Positions 12,107-20,941 of a stretch of 64,000 nucleotides of DNA are shown in pieces (positions within the stretch are counted from its first letter, which is position 1; the number at the start of each line of letters is the position of its first letter). A program made the position numbers and the translations under genes. This DNA is from Thermoanaerobaculales bacterium (GTDB taxonomy: Bacteria > Acidobacteriota > Thermoanaerobaculia > Thermoanaerobaculales > Sulfomarinibacteraceae), in NCBI GenBank assembly GCA_036351195.1, contig JAZBOQ010000114.1, positions 11,832 to 75,831 on the forward strand, given 5' to 3'. The notes below the pieces were generated by a model. That model had not been told where the DNA came from. It saw only the letters and a list, made by a program, of their open reading frames with translations, and ran no database searches.

Positions 12107-13183
12107 TCATGACTCAACCTCCCCGAGCACGATCAACGGTGGAAAGCCCGAGGTGGTTCGGACCGCAAGGTCGGGGGCGATCAGCAGGGCCTCGACCCCC
12201 GGGAGGCGTTCGGCGAGGGCCAGCCCTTCCTCCGGCCCCATGACGAAGAGCCCGGTGGCCAGGGCGTCGGCGTCGACGGCGTTGGCGGCGATCACGGTCG
12301 CCGAGATGCAGCGCCGAGACGGACGGCCGGTGGACGGATCGAGGATGTGGTGGTAGCGGATGCCGTCAGCCTCGAAGAACCACTCGTAGTCCCCGGAGGT
12401 GGCGATGGCCCCGGAGCTGATCTCGACCGTACCGAGAGGGTCGTCGAGGCGCGGGTGCGCCACCCGGATGGGCCAGTGGCCGTCCAGCGAACCGGTGGCG
12501 ATTCGCATGTCCCCCCCGCCGTCCACCACGTAGTCGGTGATGCCCATGCTTTCCAGGACCTCCGCCGCGCGGTCCACCCGGTAGCCCTTGGCCAAACCGG
12601 CGATTCCCAGGCGCATGTCGGGGTCCGAGAGGTAGACGGCGGAACGCTCGAAATCCAGTGCGACCTTGCGGTAGTCGACATGGGGCAGGCACGCCGCGAT
12701 CTCCGCATCCGTCGGAATCCTGCGGTCGCGGATCGACCACAGGTGGCCGCACGAGGCGAAGCTGATGTCGAAGGCGCCACCGGTGAGATCCGACATCGCC
12801 AACGCCCGTTGCAACACAGTCATCAGCTCGTTGCTCACCGCCACGGGCTGGACACCGGCCGAGCGGTTGACGGCGCTGATCTGGCTCGCGTCGTCCCAGT
12901 TGCTCAACAACCCTTCGGCGCGCTCGATCTCGATGAAGGCGGCCTCGATTGCCCGTTCTCCGGTCATGGCGTCATCGACCCTGACGTCGACCCGAAAGCG
13001 GGTTGCCATGAGCTCCCGCTCGGCAGCCACCCGGGTCCTCCCGCCGGCCTCCGGCTCCGTCACGCACCGACCGTCCGAACAAGCGCCCACCGCCGCGACG
13101 AGCACCATGGCGACGGCGCCGGACACGCTCCGCCGCGACGCCCGCGTGGTCCGGATGGTGTGGTCGGTTGCCGCGTGGAACAC
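12107..13183 (-). CDS. apbE: FAD:protein FMN transferase (ApbE family), lipoprotein
   Basis: Lipobox-like LVAAVGAC. ApbE-like blocks GGAFDISF, GLAKGYRVDRAAEVL and VVDGGGDMRI. Confidence 0.8.
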   Translation of the reverse strand: MFHAATDHTIRTTRASRRSVSGAVAMVLVAAVGACSDGRCVTEPEAGGRTRVAAERELMATRFRVDVRVDDAMTGERAIEAAFIEIERAEGLLSNWDDASQISAVNRSAGVQPVAVSNELMTVLQRALAMSDLTGGAFDISFASCGHLWSIRDRRIPTDAEIAACLPHVDYRKVALDFERSAVYLSDPDMRLGIAGLAKGYRVDRAAEVLESMGITDYVVDGGGDMRIATGSLDGHWPIRVAHPRLDDPLGTVEISSGAIATSGDYEWFFEADGIRYHHILDPSTGRPSRRCISATVIAANAVDADALATGLFVMGPEEGLALAERLPGVEALLIAPDLAVRTTSGFPPLIVLGEVES

Positions 13184-13197
13184 TCGAGATCTCCTTG

Positions 13198-13226
13198 TTG
13201 TACTTTTATCATAACGTTAGTACAAT
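13198..13226 (+). promoter_or_regulatory. Sigma70-type promoter candidate (TTGTAC-N17-TACAAT)
   Basis: AT-rich island in otherwise GC-rich DNA between the divergent apbE and amine oxidase genes. Spacing counted directly. Confidence 0.45.
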
Positions 13227-13317
13227 TACTACCGCAGATGAGATCGTTCCCACATCCGAACGCCCTCTTGGACACGGCTCGAAGGCCGTGCTCCATCGAC
13301 GTCAAAAGGAGCCCATA

Positions 13318-14796
13318 GTGTTCAACCCCGAGAGCCCGACCCCCATCGCCGACGCATTGCGGCGCATCGCCGCCGAAAAGGCCATGAGCCTCGACCGCAG
13401 GTCGTTCGTCAAGGCCGCCGGCGCCGCTGCCCTCGCAACGCCCTTCCTCGGGTGCAAACCGACCTCCTCCGACCTCTCGGGGAGCGTGGTGATCGTGGGC
13501 GCCGGCCTGTCCGGTCTCGGTGCCGCCATGCTGCTCGAAGAACGCGGTCTCAAGGTCACCCTGCTCGAAGCCCGCGATCGGGTCGGGGGCCGCGTTCACA
13601 CTCTCGACGATGTTCCCGGCAAACCCGAAGGCGGCGGACCGGTGATCAGCGACACCTACGACCGCCTGGTCAAGCTCGCCGAGGCCGTGGGCGTTCCCAT
13701 GGGGCCCGGCCCCGGGTTCGAGCCCGAGCTTCTGCTGCACGTCAACGGGACCGGCGCCACCCTGGATCAATGGGCCACGTCTCCGGGCAACCGGACCGTC
13801 GGACCCGAAAAGCAGATGCCTCCTCTCGCCCTGCTCGGCTACTACACCACCAAGGACCTGCCGCTGAAGGACTTCGACGATTGGGTTTCACCCGAGTTCG
13901 CGAACCTCGACATTCCCTTGGATCACTACCTCACTCAACAGGGGGCCTCGGACGAGGCCATTCGCCTCATGAACGTCGCCTCCAACTGCACCGACCTCTC
14001 GACCTCGTCGGCGCTGTGGGCGCTGCGCAACGCCCAACGCCGACGCGACAGCAGGAAGGGCGCTCTCATCGGCATGGTCGGCGGCAACTCGCGGCTCGTC
14101 GAGAAAATGGCGGAGTTCGTCCAGGGTCCGGTGCTCACGGGAATGCCGGTAACCGCCATCCGCTCCATCGACGACCGGGTCGACGTGGAGTGCGCCGACG
14201 GATCCGTTCACGGCGCGGAGTTCTGCCTCGTCACCGTGCCGTTTTCGGTGCTGCGCGGCATCGAGGTCTCCCCCGGCTTTGAGGGCTTGCAGAAGGAAGC
14301 GGTGGAGGAGCTGCCCTACACCGCCATCACCAAGTACTACCTCGTCCCGTCGGAGCCGTACTGGGAGACCGATGGTCTGCCGCCCACCATGTGGACCGAC
14401 ACCGTCATCGAGCGCCTCTTTCCGAACCGCGACGCCACCGGTCAGATTCAGTCAATCACCTGCTGGATCGACGGCTCCAACGCCGATCTGCTCGACGCCA
14501 TGCCCGAGGAGGAGCAGGTGGCCACCGTCCTCGCCGAACTCGCCCGAATCCGACCGGCAACGGCGGAGAAGATCACCAACGCCACAACGGTGTCCTGGGG
14601 CGCCGATCCCTACGCCAAGGGCGCCTACGCCAACTACCTCCCCGGCCAGGTCTCGCGGCTCAAGCCGGTCATGGCCGATCCCTGGCACCGACTCCACTTC
14701 GCCGGCGAGCACACCGCCGTGACCACTCCCGGAATGGAGTGCGCCATCGAGACCGCCCAGCGTGCCGCCAACGAGATCATCGACCGCGTTTCGTGA
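13318..14796 (+). CDS. Flavin-containing amine oxidase (Tat-exported)
   Basis: AAAGGAG Shine-Dalgarno before the GTG at 13318 (alternative ATG at 13384). Twin-arginine motif DRRSFVKAAGAAALA. FAD-binding fingerprint VVIVGAGLSGLGAAMLLEERGLKVTLLEARDRVGGR. C-terminal FAGEHT. Confidence 0.85.
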   Translation: MFNPESPTPIADALRRIAAEKAMSLDRRSFVKAAGAAALATPFLGCKPTSSDLSGSVVIVGAGLSGLGAAMLLEERGLKVTLLEARDRVGGRVHTLDDVPGKPEGGGPVISDTYDRLVKLAEAVGVPMGPGPGFEPELLLHVNGTGATLDQWATSPGNRTVGPEKQMPPLALLGYYTTKDLPLKDFDDWVSPEFANLDIPLDHYLTQQGASDEAIRLMNVASNCTDLSTSSALWALRNAQRRRDSRKGALIGMVGGNSRLVEKMAEFVQGPVLTGMPVTAIRSIDDRVDVECADGSVHGAEFCLVTVPFSVLRGIEVSPGFEGLQKEAVEELPYTAITKYYLVPSEPYWETDGLPPTMWTDTVIERLFPNRDATGQIQSITCWIDGSNADLLDAMPEEEQVATVLAELARIRPATAEKITNATTVSWGADPYAKGAYANYLPGQVSRLKPVMADPWHRLHFAGEHTAVTTPGMECAIETAQRAANEIIDRVS

Positions 14797-14801
14797 GGTG
14801 A

Positions 14802-15707
14802 GTGATGCTTCCCAGCCCAATTGACGTCGTCGTCGGCGCCCGCGACATGGAGGCCGCCGCCAAGTTTCTGATCCTCTTCGGTTTCGAGAAGGGCCCTTCG
14901 GGCTCGCTTCCCGCCGAAGCCTCAAAGGCCCTCTACGAGATCGACGGCCCGGCGGAGGAGCTGGTGATGGTCGTGCCCGGTGCGCCCCGCGGACGGGTCC
15001 GCCTCGTCGCCAGCCCCAACGCCGCGCGCCGATATGCGCCCTTCGACGCCCGGCCATTCGCCATCGATCTCTTCACCAACGACATGGAGCGAAGCGTCGC
15101 CATGGCGGCGGCGGCGGGCTGCCACACGAGCCCGATCACCGACCACCACTTCGGCCCGCTCACCATTCGCGAGGTGGAGATCACCGGCCCGGACACCCTC
15201 GTGGTCACCCTGCTCGAGCCGTCCTCCGGGCGCCGCCCGTGCGTCCTCGACGACGACCCCGACCGGCTGCACTCGGAGGTCCACGCCTTCGTCTGGAGCG
15301 ACACCAACCTGGACGAGCACATCGGATACTGGACCGATCGCGGCATGCAGTCGTTGATGGATGTCGTCATGGACACGCCCGGGCTCGGCGCTTTGGTCGG
15401 CGCGCCCGACGAGGACGTCAAGCTCCGCCTTACCGTGTTCGCCGACGAGCCCGACGCGCGGCCCATCCGGGTCGAGTTCGTCGAGTTTCTCGGCATGCCG
15501 TCGACGCCGCAGCCGACCCTCCCCCTGGCGGCCGGCCTCCATGCCCCGTCCTTCGAGGTCGACGAACTGGATGCGGTCATCCCGGGCCTCGCCCCGGCAG
15601 AGGTCGGGGAGATCGTCGCCGTCGACACGCCGGTCCACCCGGGGATGCGGGCCGCCACCGCGGTGACGCCGGGGGGGCACCGGTTCGAGGTGTGGGGACG
15701 GGCGTGA
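14802..15707 (+). CDS. Hypothetical two-domain protein, possibly VOC/glyoxalase-like
   Basis: Coding-like ORF 6 nt after the oxidase stop. Weak glyoxalase-like N-terminus (IDVVVGARDMEAAAKFLILFGFE). The start could be the ATG at 14805. Confidence 0.55.
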   Translation: MMLPSPIDVVVGARDMEAAAKFLILFGFEKGPSGSLPAEASKALYEIDGPAEELVMVVPGAPRGRVRLVASPNAARRYAPFDARPFAIDLFTNDMERSVAMAAAAGCHTSPITDHHFGPLTIREVEITGPDTLVVTLLEPSSGRRPCVLDDDPDRLHSEVHAFVWSDTNLDEHIGYWTDRGMQSLMDVVMDTPGLGALVGAPDEDVKLRLTVFADEPDARPIRVEFVEFLGMPSTPQPTLPLAAGLHAPSFEVDELDAVIPGLAPAEVGEIVAVDTPVHPGMRAATAVTPGGHRFEVWGRA

Positions 15708-15975
15708 GGTCGTTGTCCAGTGGCGCCGGCCTTCTGGCCCGTCGCCGCCTCACGGCGGCGCCGCACCAGCGTCGATCGATCAACGCGGTCATCTGAGAGA
15801 ACGAGGACGGCAGTGACCGCATTGGTCGATCGAGCGACGGCCTGCCTCCAATCCGGAGCACCAGCTTTGAGCGGCTGGGCACGGGATTGCCAAGCACGCA
15901 TTGTGCACAGGCGCTCTTGACCGATAGGTGTTGCAGGCACAATGTCGTGCATGGCACGTCCGCCTGAAGCGCGCT
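15708..15975 (-). repeat. Composite hairpin repeat, copy E (inverted relative to B and C)
   Basis: Its reverse complement aligns with 41190..41450: ggcggacgtgccatgcacg.cattgtgc ... gcacaatgcgtgcttggcaatcc ... aggcaggccgtcgc, plus a stem pair at 15771..15791 / 15814..15833 and cgccggccttctgg. Confidence 0.75.
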
Positions 15976-16009
15976 GTTCGGATAAGATCGACGAACCGTG
16001 GAGGACACG

Positions 16010-17041
16010 ATGACTGAAACCACCGCCTTCAGAGCCGTCGCGCTGCAGACGACCTGCCGCGCCATCACGCCGTGCCGGTCCGTCGACGAGGCTCGCGAAC
16101 AGATCGTCAAGAACATCGAACGCGTCGGCCGCCAGATCCCCTCCACCATCGCCTGGACCGGCCCGGACACCCGGCTCATCGTCCTTCCCGAGTACCTGCT
16201 CACCGGATTTCCCACCCGCGAGACAGCCGAAGAGTGGATCGCCAAGGCGTGCCTCAGCGAGGGCTGCGCCGAGCTCGAGGCGCTGGGCGCTATCGCCGAG
16301 AAGAGCCGAATCTTCCTCGCCGGCAACGCCTACGAGCACGACCGCCACTTTCCGAAGATCTTCTTTCAGACGAGCTTCGTCATCGACCCCTCGGGCGACG
16401 TGGTCCTCCGCTATCGCCGGCTGAACTCCATGTACTCCCCCACCCCCCACGACGTCTGGGACGCCTACGTCGACCGCTACGGCCTCGACGGCGTCTTTCC
16501 GGTGGCGAGGACCGAGATCGGACGGATCGGAGCGGTGGCCTCGGAAGAGATTCTCTACCCCGAGCTCAGCCGCTGCCTCGCCATGCGCGGCACCGAGATC
16601 TTCGTCCACTCCACCTGCGAGGTGGGCAGCCCGCGGGCGACACCCAAGGGCATTGCGAAACGGGCACGCGCCATCGAAAACCTCGCCTATGTCGTCTCGG
16701 CCAACACCGCTGGAATGGACGGCCTCGACCTCCCCTCGGCCTCCGCCGACGGCATGTCCTGCGTCATCGACTTCAAGGGCAAGGTCATGGCCGAGGCCGG
16801 CACCGGCGAGTCCTGCGTCGCCGCCGCCGACATCGATCTCGACGCGCTTCGCCGCTTCCGCCGCCGGCCGGGAATGGAGAACCTGCTCTCACGCCAACGC
16901 TTCGAAGCTTACGCGACGAGCTACGCCGAGCACCGCCATTACCCGGCCAACACCATGGCCAACGGATTCGACGGCCGCGCCCACTTCGTCCGGACGCAGG
17001 CCAAGGTGATCGAAAGGCTCGCCAAAAAGGGCGTTATCTGA
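16010..17041 (+). CDS. Carbon-nitrogen hydrolase (nitrilase superfamily) protein
   Basis: GGAGG 5 nt before the ATG at 16010 (the ORF track starts at GTG 15998). LIVLPEYLLTGFP catalytic-Glu block and overall CN-hydrolase layout. Confidence 0.8.
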   Translation: MTETTAFRAVALQTTCRAITPCRSVDEAREQIVKNIERVGRQIPSTIAWTGPDTRLIVLPEYLLTGFPTRETAEEWIAKACLSEGCAELEALGAIAEKSRIFLAGNAYEHDRHFPKIFFQTSFVIDPSGDVVLRYRRLNSMYSPTPHDVWDAYVDRYGLDGVFPVARTEIGRIGAVASEEILYPELSRCLAMRGTEIFVHSTCEVGSPRATPKGIAKRARAIENLAYVVSANTAGMDGLDLPSASADGMSCVIDFKGKVMAEAGTGESCVAAADIDLDALRRFRRRPGMENLLSRQRFEAYATSYAEHRHYPANTMANGFDGRAHFVRTQAKVIERLAKKGVI

Positions 17042-17066
17042 ACGACCGAACAACGAGGAGCCCGCC

Positions 17067-18224
17067 ATGCATCGACTCACGATCGCGATCTTGATGACGG
17101 GCGCGGTGGCCCTGGCCGTCGCCTGCGCTCCCGCCGGAGACCAGCCAGCTCGTGCCACTGCTTCCGAAACCCACGCGGCGCCCGAGCTCGTCCGGCCCGA
17201 CGGCAGCTACCCTACCCGACCCTTGGAGAAGGACACGGTGGTGGTCAAGGTGGTCCAGAACGGCGTCAAGAATCTTCAGGACTTCGACAATGTGGCCGAC
17301 GGGCTCGCCGCCAATCTCCAGGCGATGCTGGGGGACGTTGAGCGCGCCTGCACCGAGGGCAGCCACCCGGACTTCATCCTCTTCAACGAATTCCCGCTCA
17401 CCGGCTACTCCTACGGCAGCCGCTCGGAAAAGCTCGAGTTCACGATCACGGTCCCCGGACCGGAGACCGACGCCCTCTGCGAGGCCGCCCGGGCGTGCGA
17501 CAGCTACATCATCTTCGGGAGCTACGCTCGGGACGACGAGTGGCCGGGCCACATTCTCAGCATCAACACGGTCATCAACCGGCAGGGCGAGATCGCCCAG
17601 GAGTTCTGGAAGACCCGCAACGTCAAACGGATCTTCCCCGGCGGCGAGATCCCGACGACCACCGTGGAGAGCGTCCGCGACCGCTTCCGCGAACGCTACG
17701 GCATCGAGCAGGAGTTCCCGGTGCTGCAGACCGAGTACGGCAACATCGCCGTCAGCACTGTCCAGCTCGACGCCTTCGTCTACGCCGCCTTCGCCATGCG
17801 CGGCGTCGAGATCATGTTCCGCACCGCGACCCTCTTCTCCACCGAGGACGTCAAGGCCATGGCGCGGTTCAACAACTTCTACTCCGCCATGTCCAACATC
17901 ATCTTCCCGCCCGACAGCCGCGGTGCTCCGTACGGCGGCAACTCCCTGATCGTCAGCCCCGACGGCGAAGTCCTGGCCGAAGCACCCGGCAACGTCCAGG
18001 CCATCATCGAGGCCGAGATTCCCATCGCCGAGCTCCGCACCGGCCGCACCATCCCCCGGTTCCCCGTCGAGGTCGTCGCCCCGGTCTTCGAACAGTACCG
18101 ACAGGAGATCCCGCTCAACCACATGGACCTGCCGGCCGAGCAGCTCCCCCCGACGCGGGAGGCGATGGGCGAGCACCTGGACGCACTCAGCCGATGGCTC
18201 GACCCAGCCGCCGAAGGGGAGTGA
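17067..18224 (+). CDS. Carbon-nitrogen hydrolase family protein with lipoprotein signal peptide
   Basis: Signal plus lipobox ILMTGAVALAVAC. FILFNEFPLTGY block. Paralogous layout to the upstream gene. Confidence 0.75.
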   Translation: MHRLTIAILMTGAVALAVACAPAGDQPARATASETHAAPELVRPDGSYPTRPLEKDTVVVKVVQNGVKNLQDFDNVADGLAANLQAMLGDVERACTEGSHPDFILFNEFPLTGYSYGSRSEKLEFTITVPGPETDALCEAARACDSYIIFGSYARDDEWPGHILSINTVINRQGEIAQEFWKTRNVKRIFPGGEIPTTTVESVRDRFRERYGIEQEFPVLQTEYGNIAVSTVQLDAFVYAAFAMRGVEIMFRTATLFSTEDVKAMARFNNFYSAMSNIIFPPDSRGAPYGGNSLIVSPDGEVLAEAPGNVQAIIEAEIPIAELRTGRTIPRFPVEVVAPVFEQYRQEIPLNHMDLPAEQLPPTREAMGEHLDALSRWLDPAAEGE

Positions 18225-18227
18225 GCG

Positions 18228-19133
18228 ATGCGCACCCGCAAGCCTTTCATCGTCGTTCTCACGCTCATGATGATCGTGACCGCGTCCGGAGCGGTCGCCA
18301 CGGACGACTCCGAGCCCGCGATCACCAAGCACTACGTCAGCGTCGGCGGCGGCCAGATCCACTACGCCACCGCCGGTGCGGGCGACGTGGTCCTCCTGCT
18401 GCACCAGGCGCCGCTTTCCCACGCCGAGTTCCTCGCGACCATTCCGCTGCTGGCGCGGCATTTCAAGGTCGTCGCCTGGGACGCGCCGGGTCACGGCAAC
18501 TCCTACATCCCCGATCACGAGTACGACTTTCCCGAGTATTTTCGGGCTCTCGAGCAGTTCGTCGACGCCCTCGGGATCGAACGACTCTCCATTGTCGGCA
18601 ACCACTCCGGCGCGGCCTTCACTCGCGAGTACGCCGCCGCCCACCCGGAGCGAGTCGAGAAGATGATCCTCAGCGGCTCGGCCCGTACACCGCCCGAGCC
18701 GAAGACCACTCTCCACAAGGCCGATGAGTTTCTCAGCCAACCCTACTCGCGTGAGCTGTCCCTGGATCCCCGAGGCGAGTTCTTACCGACGACCTGGCAG
18801 CGATACGTCACTCTCGCAGCGCCCGAAGCCGACCTCGATGACGTGCTCGCCGCGTTCATCATCGGCCTCGACGCCCGCACCAAACCCTACGACATGCACC
18901 TGGCGATCTTCGGTTACGAGGACTGGGTCGAGTATCGCACCATCGAGACTCCGACCATGCTGCTCTGCGGCGACGGCGACATCTTCGTCAACTCCGAGCG
19001 GCTCGACTACACCTGCGCCCTGTTTCCGAACTGCGAGGTCCACCCCCTGATCGAGAACGCCGGCGCCTTCATCGGACTCGAGCAACCCGATGCCTACGCC
19101 GGGGCCATCATCGACTTCCTCACTCGCCCGTAA
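18228..19133 (+). CDS. Alpha/beta hydrolase (secreted)
   Basis: Signal peptide. VVLLLHQAPLSHAEF and nucleophile elbow GNHSGAAF. Confidence 0.8.
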   Translation: MRTRKPFIVVLTLMMIVTASGAVATDDSEPAITKHYVSVGGGQIHYATAGAGDVVLLLHQAPLSHAEFLATIPLLARHFKVVAWDAPGHGNSYIPDHEYDFPEYFRALEQFVDALGIERLSIVGNHSGAAFTREYAAAHPERVEKMILSGSARTPPEPKTTLHKADEFLSQPYSRELSLDPRGEFLPTTWQRYVTLAAPEADLDDVLAAFIIGLDARTKPYDMHLAIFGYEDWVEYRTIETPTMLLCGDGDIFVNSERLDYTCALFPNCEVHPLIENAGAFIGLEQPDAYAGAIIDFLTRP

Positions 19134-19156
19134 ACGGGCTCGCGGAAAGGTCGCTC

Positions 19157-20296
19157 ATGTCACGACCCGGATCCTCTCGCGTCGCGTTGCCATGTTGGCT
19201 TGTGATCTGCTCCCTGTCACTGGCTGGCTGTGTACGCCAGGCTCAACAGGACACGGGACGCCAGGAGATCACCGTCGTGCAATCGTCGGTGACGGTTGGT
19301 GATCCGCACATCGCCAGCGAGCTCGCAAGCCTGCCCCATCGGTACGTCGGAAGCGGGCCGTACCGAATCCGGGAACAGAACGAAACCCGAGTGATTGTCG
19401 AGAGATTCGACGACTACTGGGGCCAGCCCGCTCGATTCGATGAGATTCGCTGGATCCCGGAGCCCGATCCCGCCCGGCGGGTCGACGCCCTGCTCGATGG
19501 TCGGGCCCAGGTAGCGTTCCGCATCGGCCTCGAGGGCAAGGAGCGAATCGCGGGGAACCCGGATGTCATCGCGCACGAGTCCGAGACCGGCCTGTGCATC
19601 ATCTTCATGTTGAACTCCGGCAAGGGCGCGTGTCGGGACCCCCGGGTCCGGCAGGCCTTGAACTACGCCGTGGATGTGGGGCGCATCATCGACGAGATCA
19701 AGGGCGGAGCGGCGAAACCGTTGAACGGCTATCTGACCCCGCACCATTTCGGTTTCAACCCGGAGACTCCGGCCTATCCCTACGACCCGGAGAAGGCCCG
19801 GAGCCTGCTGCGTGCGGCGGGTTACGGCGGTGGACTGAAGCTGGTTTTCGATATCCCCATGGCGATGCCGGATGAAGCGCCGCGGCTTGCCGGGATGATG
19901 GCCGAGCAGCTCGACCAGGTGGGAGTCTCGCTCGAGATCGTCGAGCACCATGACCGGGCCGCGTACTCGGAAACGGTGCGCGAGAAGCGAATCCACGACG
20001 GCTGCTGCTTCGATTCGAGCCCGGCGAGCACCTACCGTGTGCTGCGTGAGAAGCTGCACTCCTCACTGGCGGGGCCGTGGTGGCAGGGCTACGAAAATAC
20101 CACCGTCAACGCGCTGATCGAGCAGGCGGAGGCCACCTTCGACGATACCGAGCGCCAGAGGATTTATCGGGAGATCTACTCCATTATTCGCAACGACGCG
20201 CCCTGGATCTTCCTCTACCGACCGACCCGTTTCGTGGGCGCCAGCAGCTCCATGGGAGAGTGGCGTCCGTCGGTGGGTGGACTGCTGCGCTTCTGA
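19157..20296 (+). CDS. Family-5 (peptide/nickel type) solute-binding lipoprotein, N-terminally short, no transporter partners
   Basis: Lipobox SLSLAGC. GSGPYRIRE...ERFDDYWG and NPETPAYPYDPEKARSLL blocks typical of SBP_bac_5. Only 379 aa. No permease or ATPase genes nearby. Confidence 0.7.
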   Translation: MSRPGSSRVALPCWLVICSLSLAGCVRQAQQDTGRQEITVVQSSVTVGDPHIASELASLPHRYVGSGPYRIREQNETRVIVERFDDYWGQPARFDEIRWIPEPDPARRVDALLDGRAQVAFRIGLEGKERIAGNPDVIAHESETGLCIIFMLNSGKGACRDPRVRQALNYAVDVGRIIDEIKGGAAKPLNGYLTPHHFGFNPETPAYPYDPEKARSLLRAAGYGGGLKLVFDIPMAMPDEAPRLAGMMAEQLDQVGVSLEIVEHHDRAAYSETVREKRIHDGCCFDSSPASTYRVLREKLHSSLAGPWWQGYENTTVNALIEQAEATFDDTERQRIYREIYSIIRNDAPWIFLYRPTRFVGASSSMGEWRPSVGGLLRF

Positions 20297-20329
20297 CGGC
20301 TACCGGGTCTCTGAGCAGCAGCGGCTCGG

Positions 20330-20827
20330 CTACCGGGACGACGATTCGACCCCGGCGACGGCCCCGCCCTCGATGCGGGCGAAGGCCTCGCGAAGCCCGT
20401 CGGGTACCGGTTCGGTCCGATCGTTGGCATAGTCGAAGTAGACCTGCGTCGTCCGGCCGGTGGCCACCGCCCGTCCATCGTTTCGCGAGGTGACGAGGTA
20501 CTCGAAGTCGAAGCTCTTGCCGCCCATGCGCGACAGCCGGATGCTCACCTGGAGCCGCTCGCCCATCCGGACCGGCGACAGATATCGACAGTAGAGGTCG
20601 AGCAGAATGAACGGAAAGGTCGTCTCGAGCTCGCGATCGGAGAACTCCTCAGGAATGACCTCCCGGAAGTAGGCGACCCTCGCCTCTTCGAAGAAGGTGG
20701 CGTAGTGCGCGTTGTTGACATGCCCCATGGCGTCGACGTCGACGAAACAAACCTCAACCTCGGTCGACAACGGGAACTCGGCGGTGGTGGGAATCCTGTT
20801 CGCGGTGTTCATCCGAGGATTCTCCAC
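20330..20827 (-). CDS. Acyl-CoA thioesterase (4HBT / YbgC-like hotdog fold)
   Basis: VDVDAMGHVNNAHYATFFEEARVAYF motif. Confidence 0.8.
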   Translation of the reverse strand: MENPRMNTANRIPTTAEFPLSTEVEVCFVDVDAMGHVNNAHYATFFEEARVAYFREVIPEEFSDRELETTFPFILLDLYCRYLSPVRMGERLQVSIRLSRMGGKSFDFEYLVTSRNDGRAVATGRTTQVYFDYANDRTEPVPDGLREAFARIEGGAVAGVESSSR

Positions 20828-20941
20828 ACCTTCGACGCACCGGTCAATCCGCAGGGCCGGAACCGGCGCCGGGAAGACGTCGACCGGGCATTGTCGATCT
20901 TGATGATCACCGGATGCCGCGAAGCGGCTTCGTCGGCGCGG

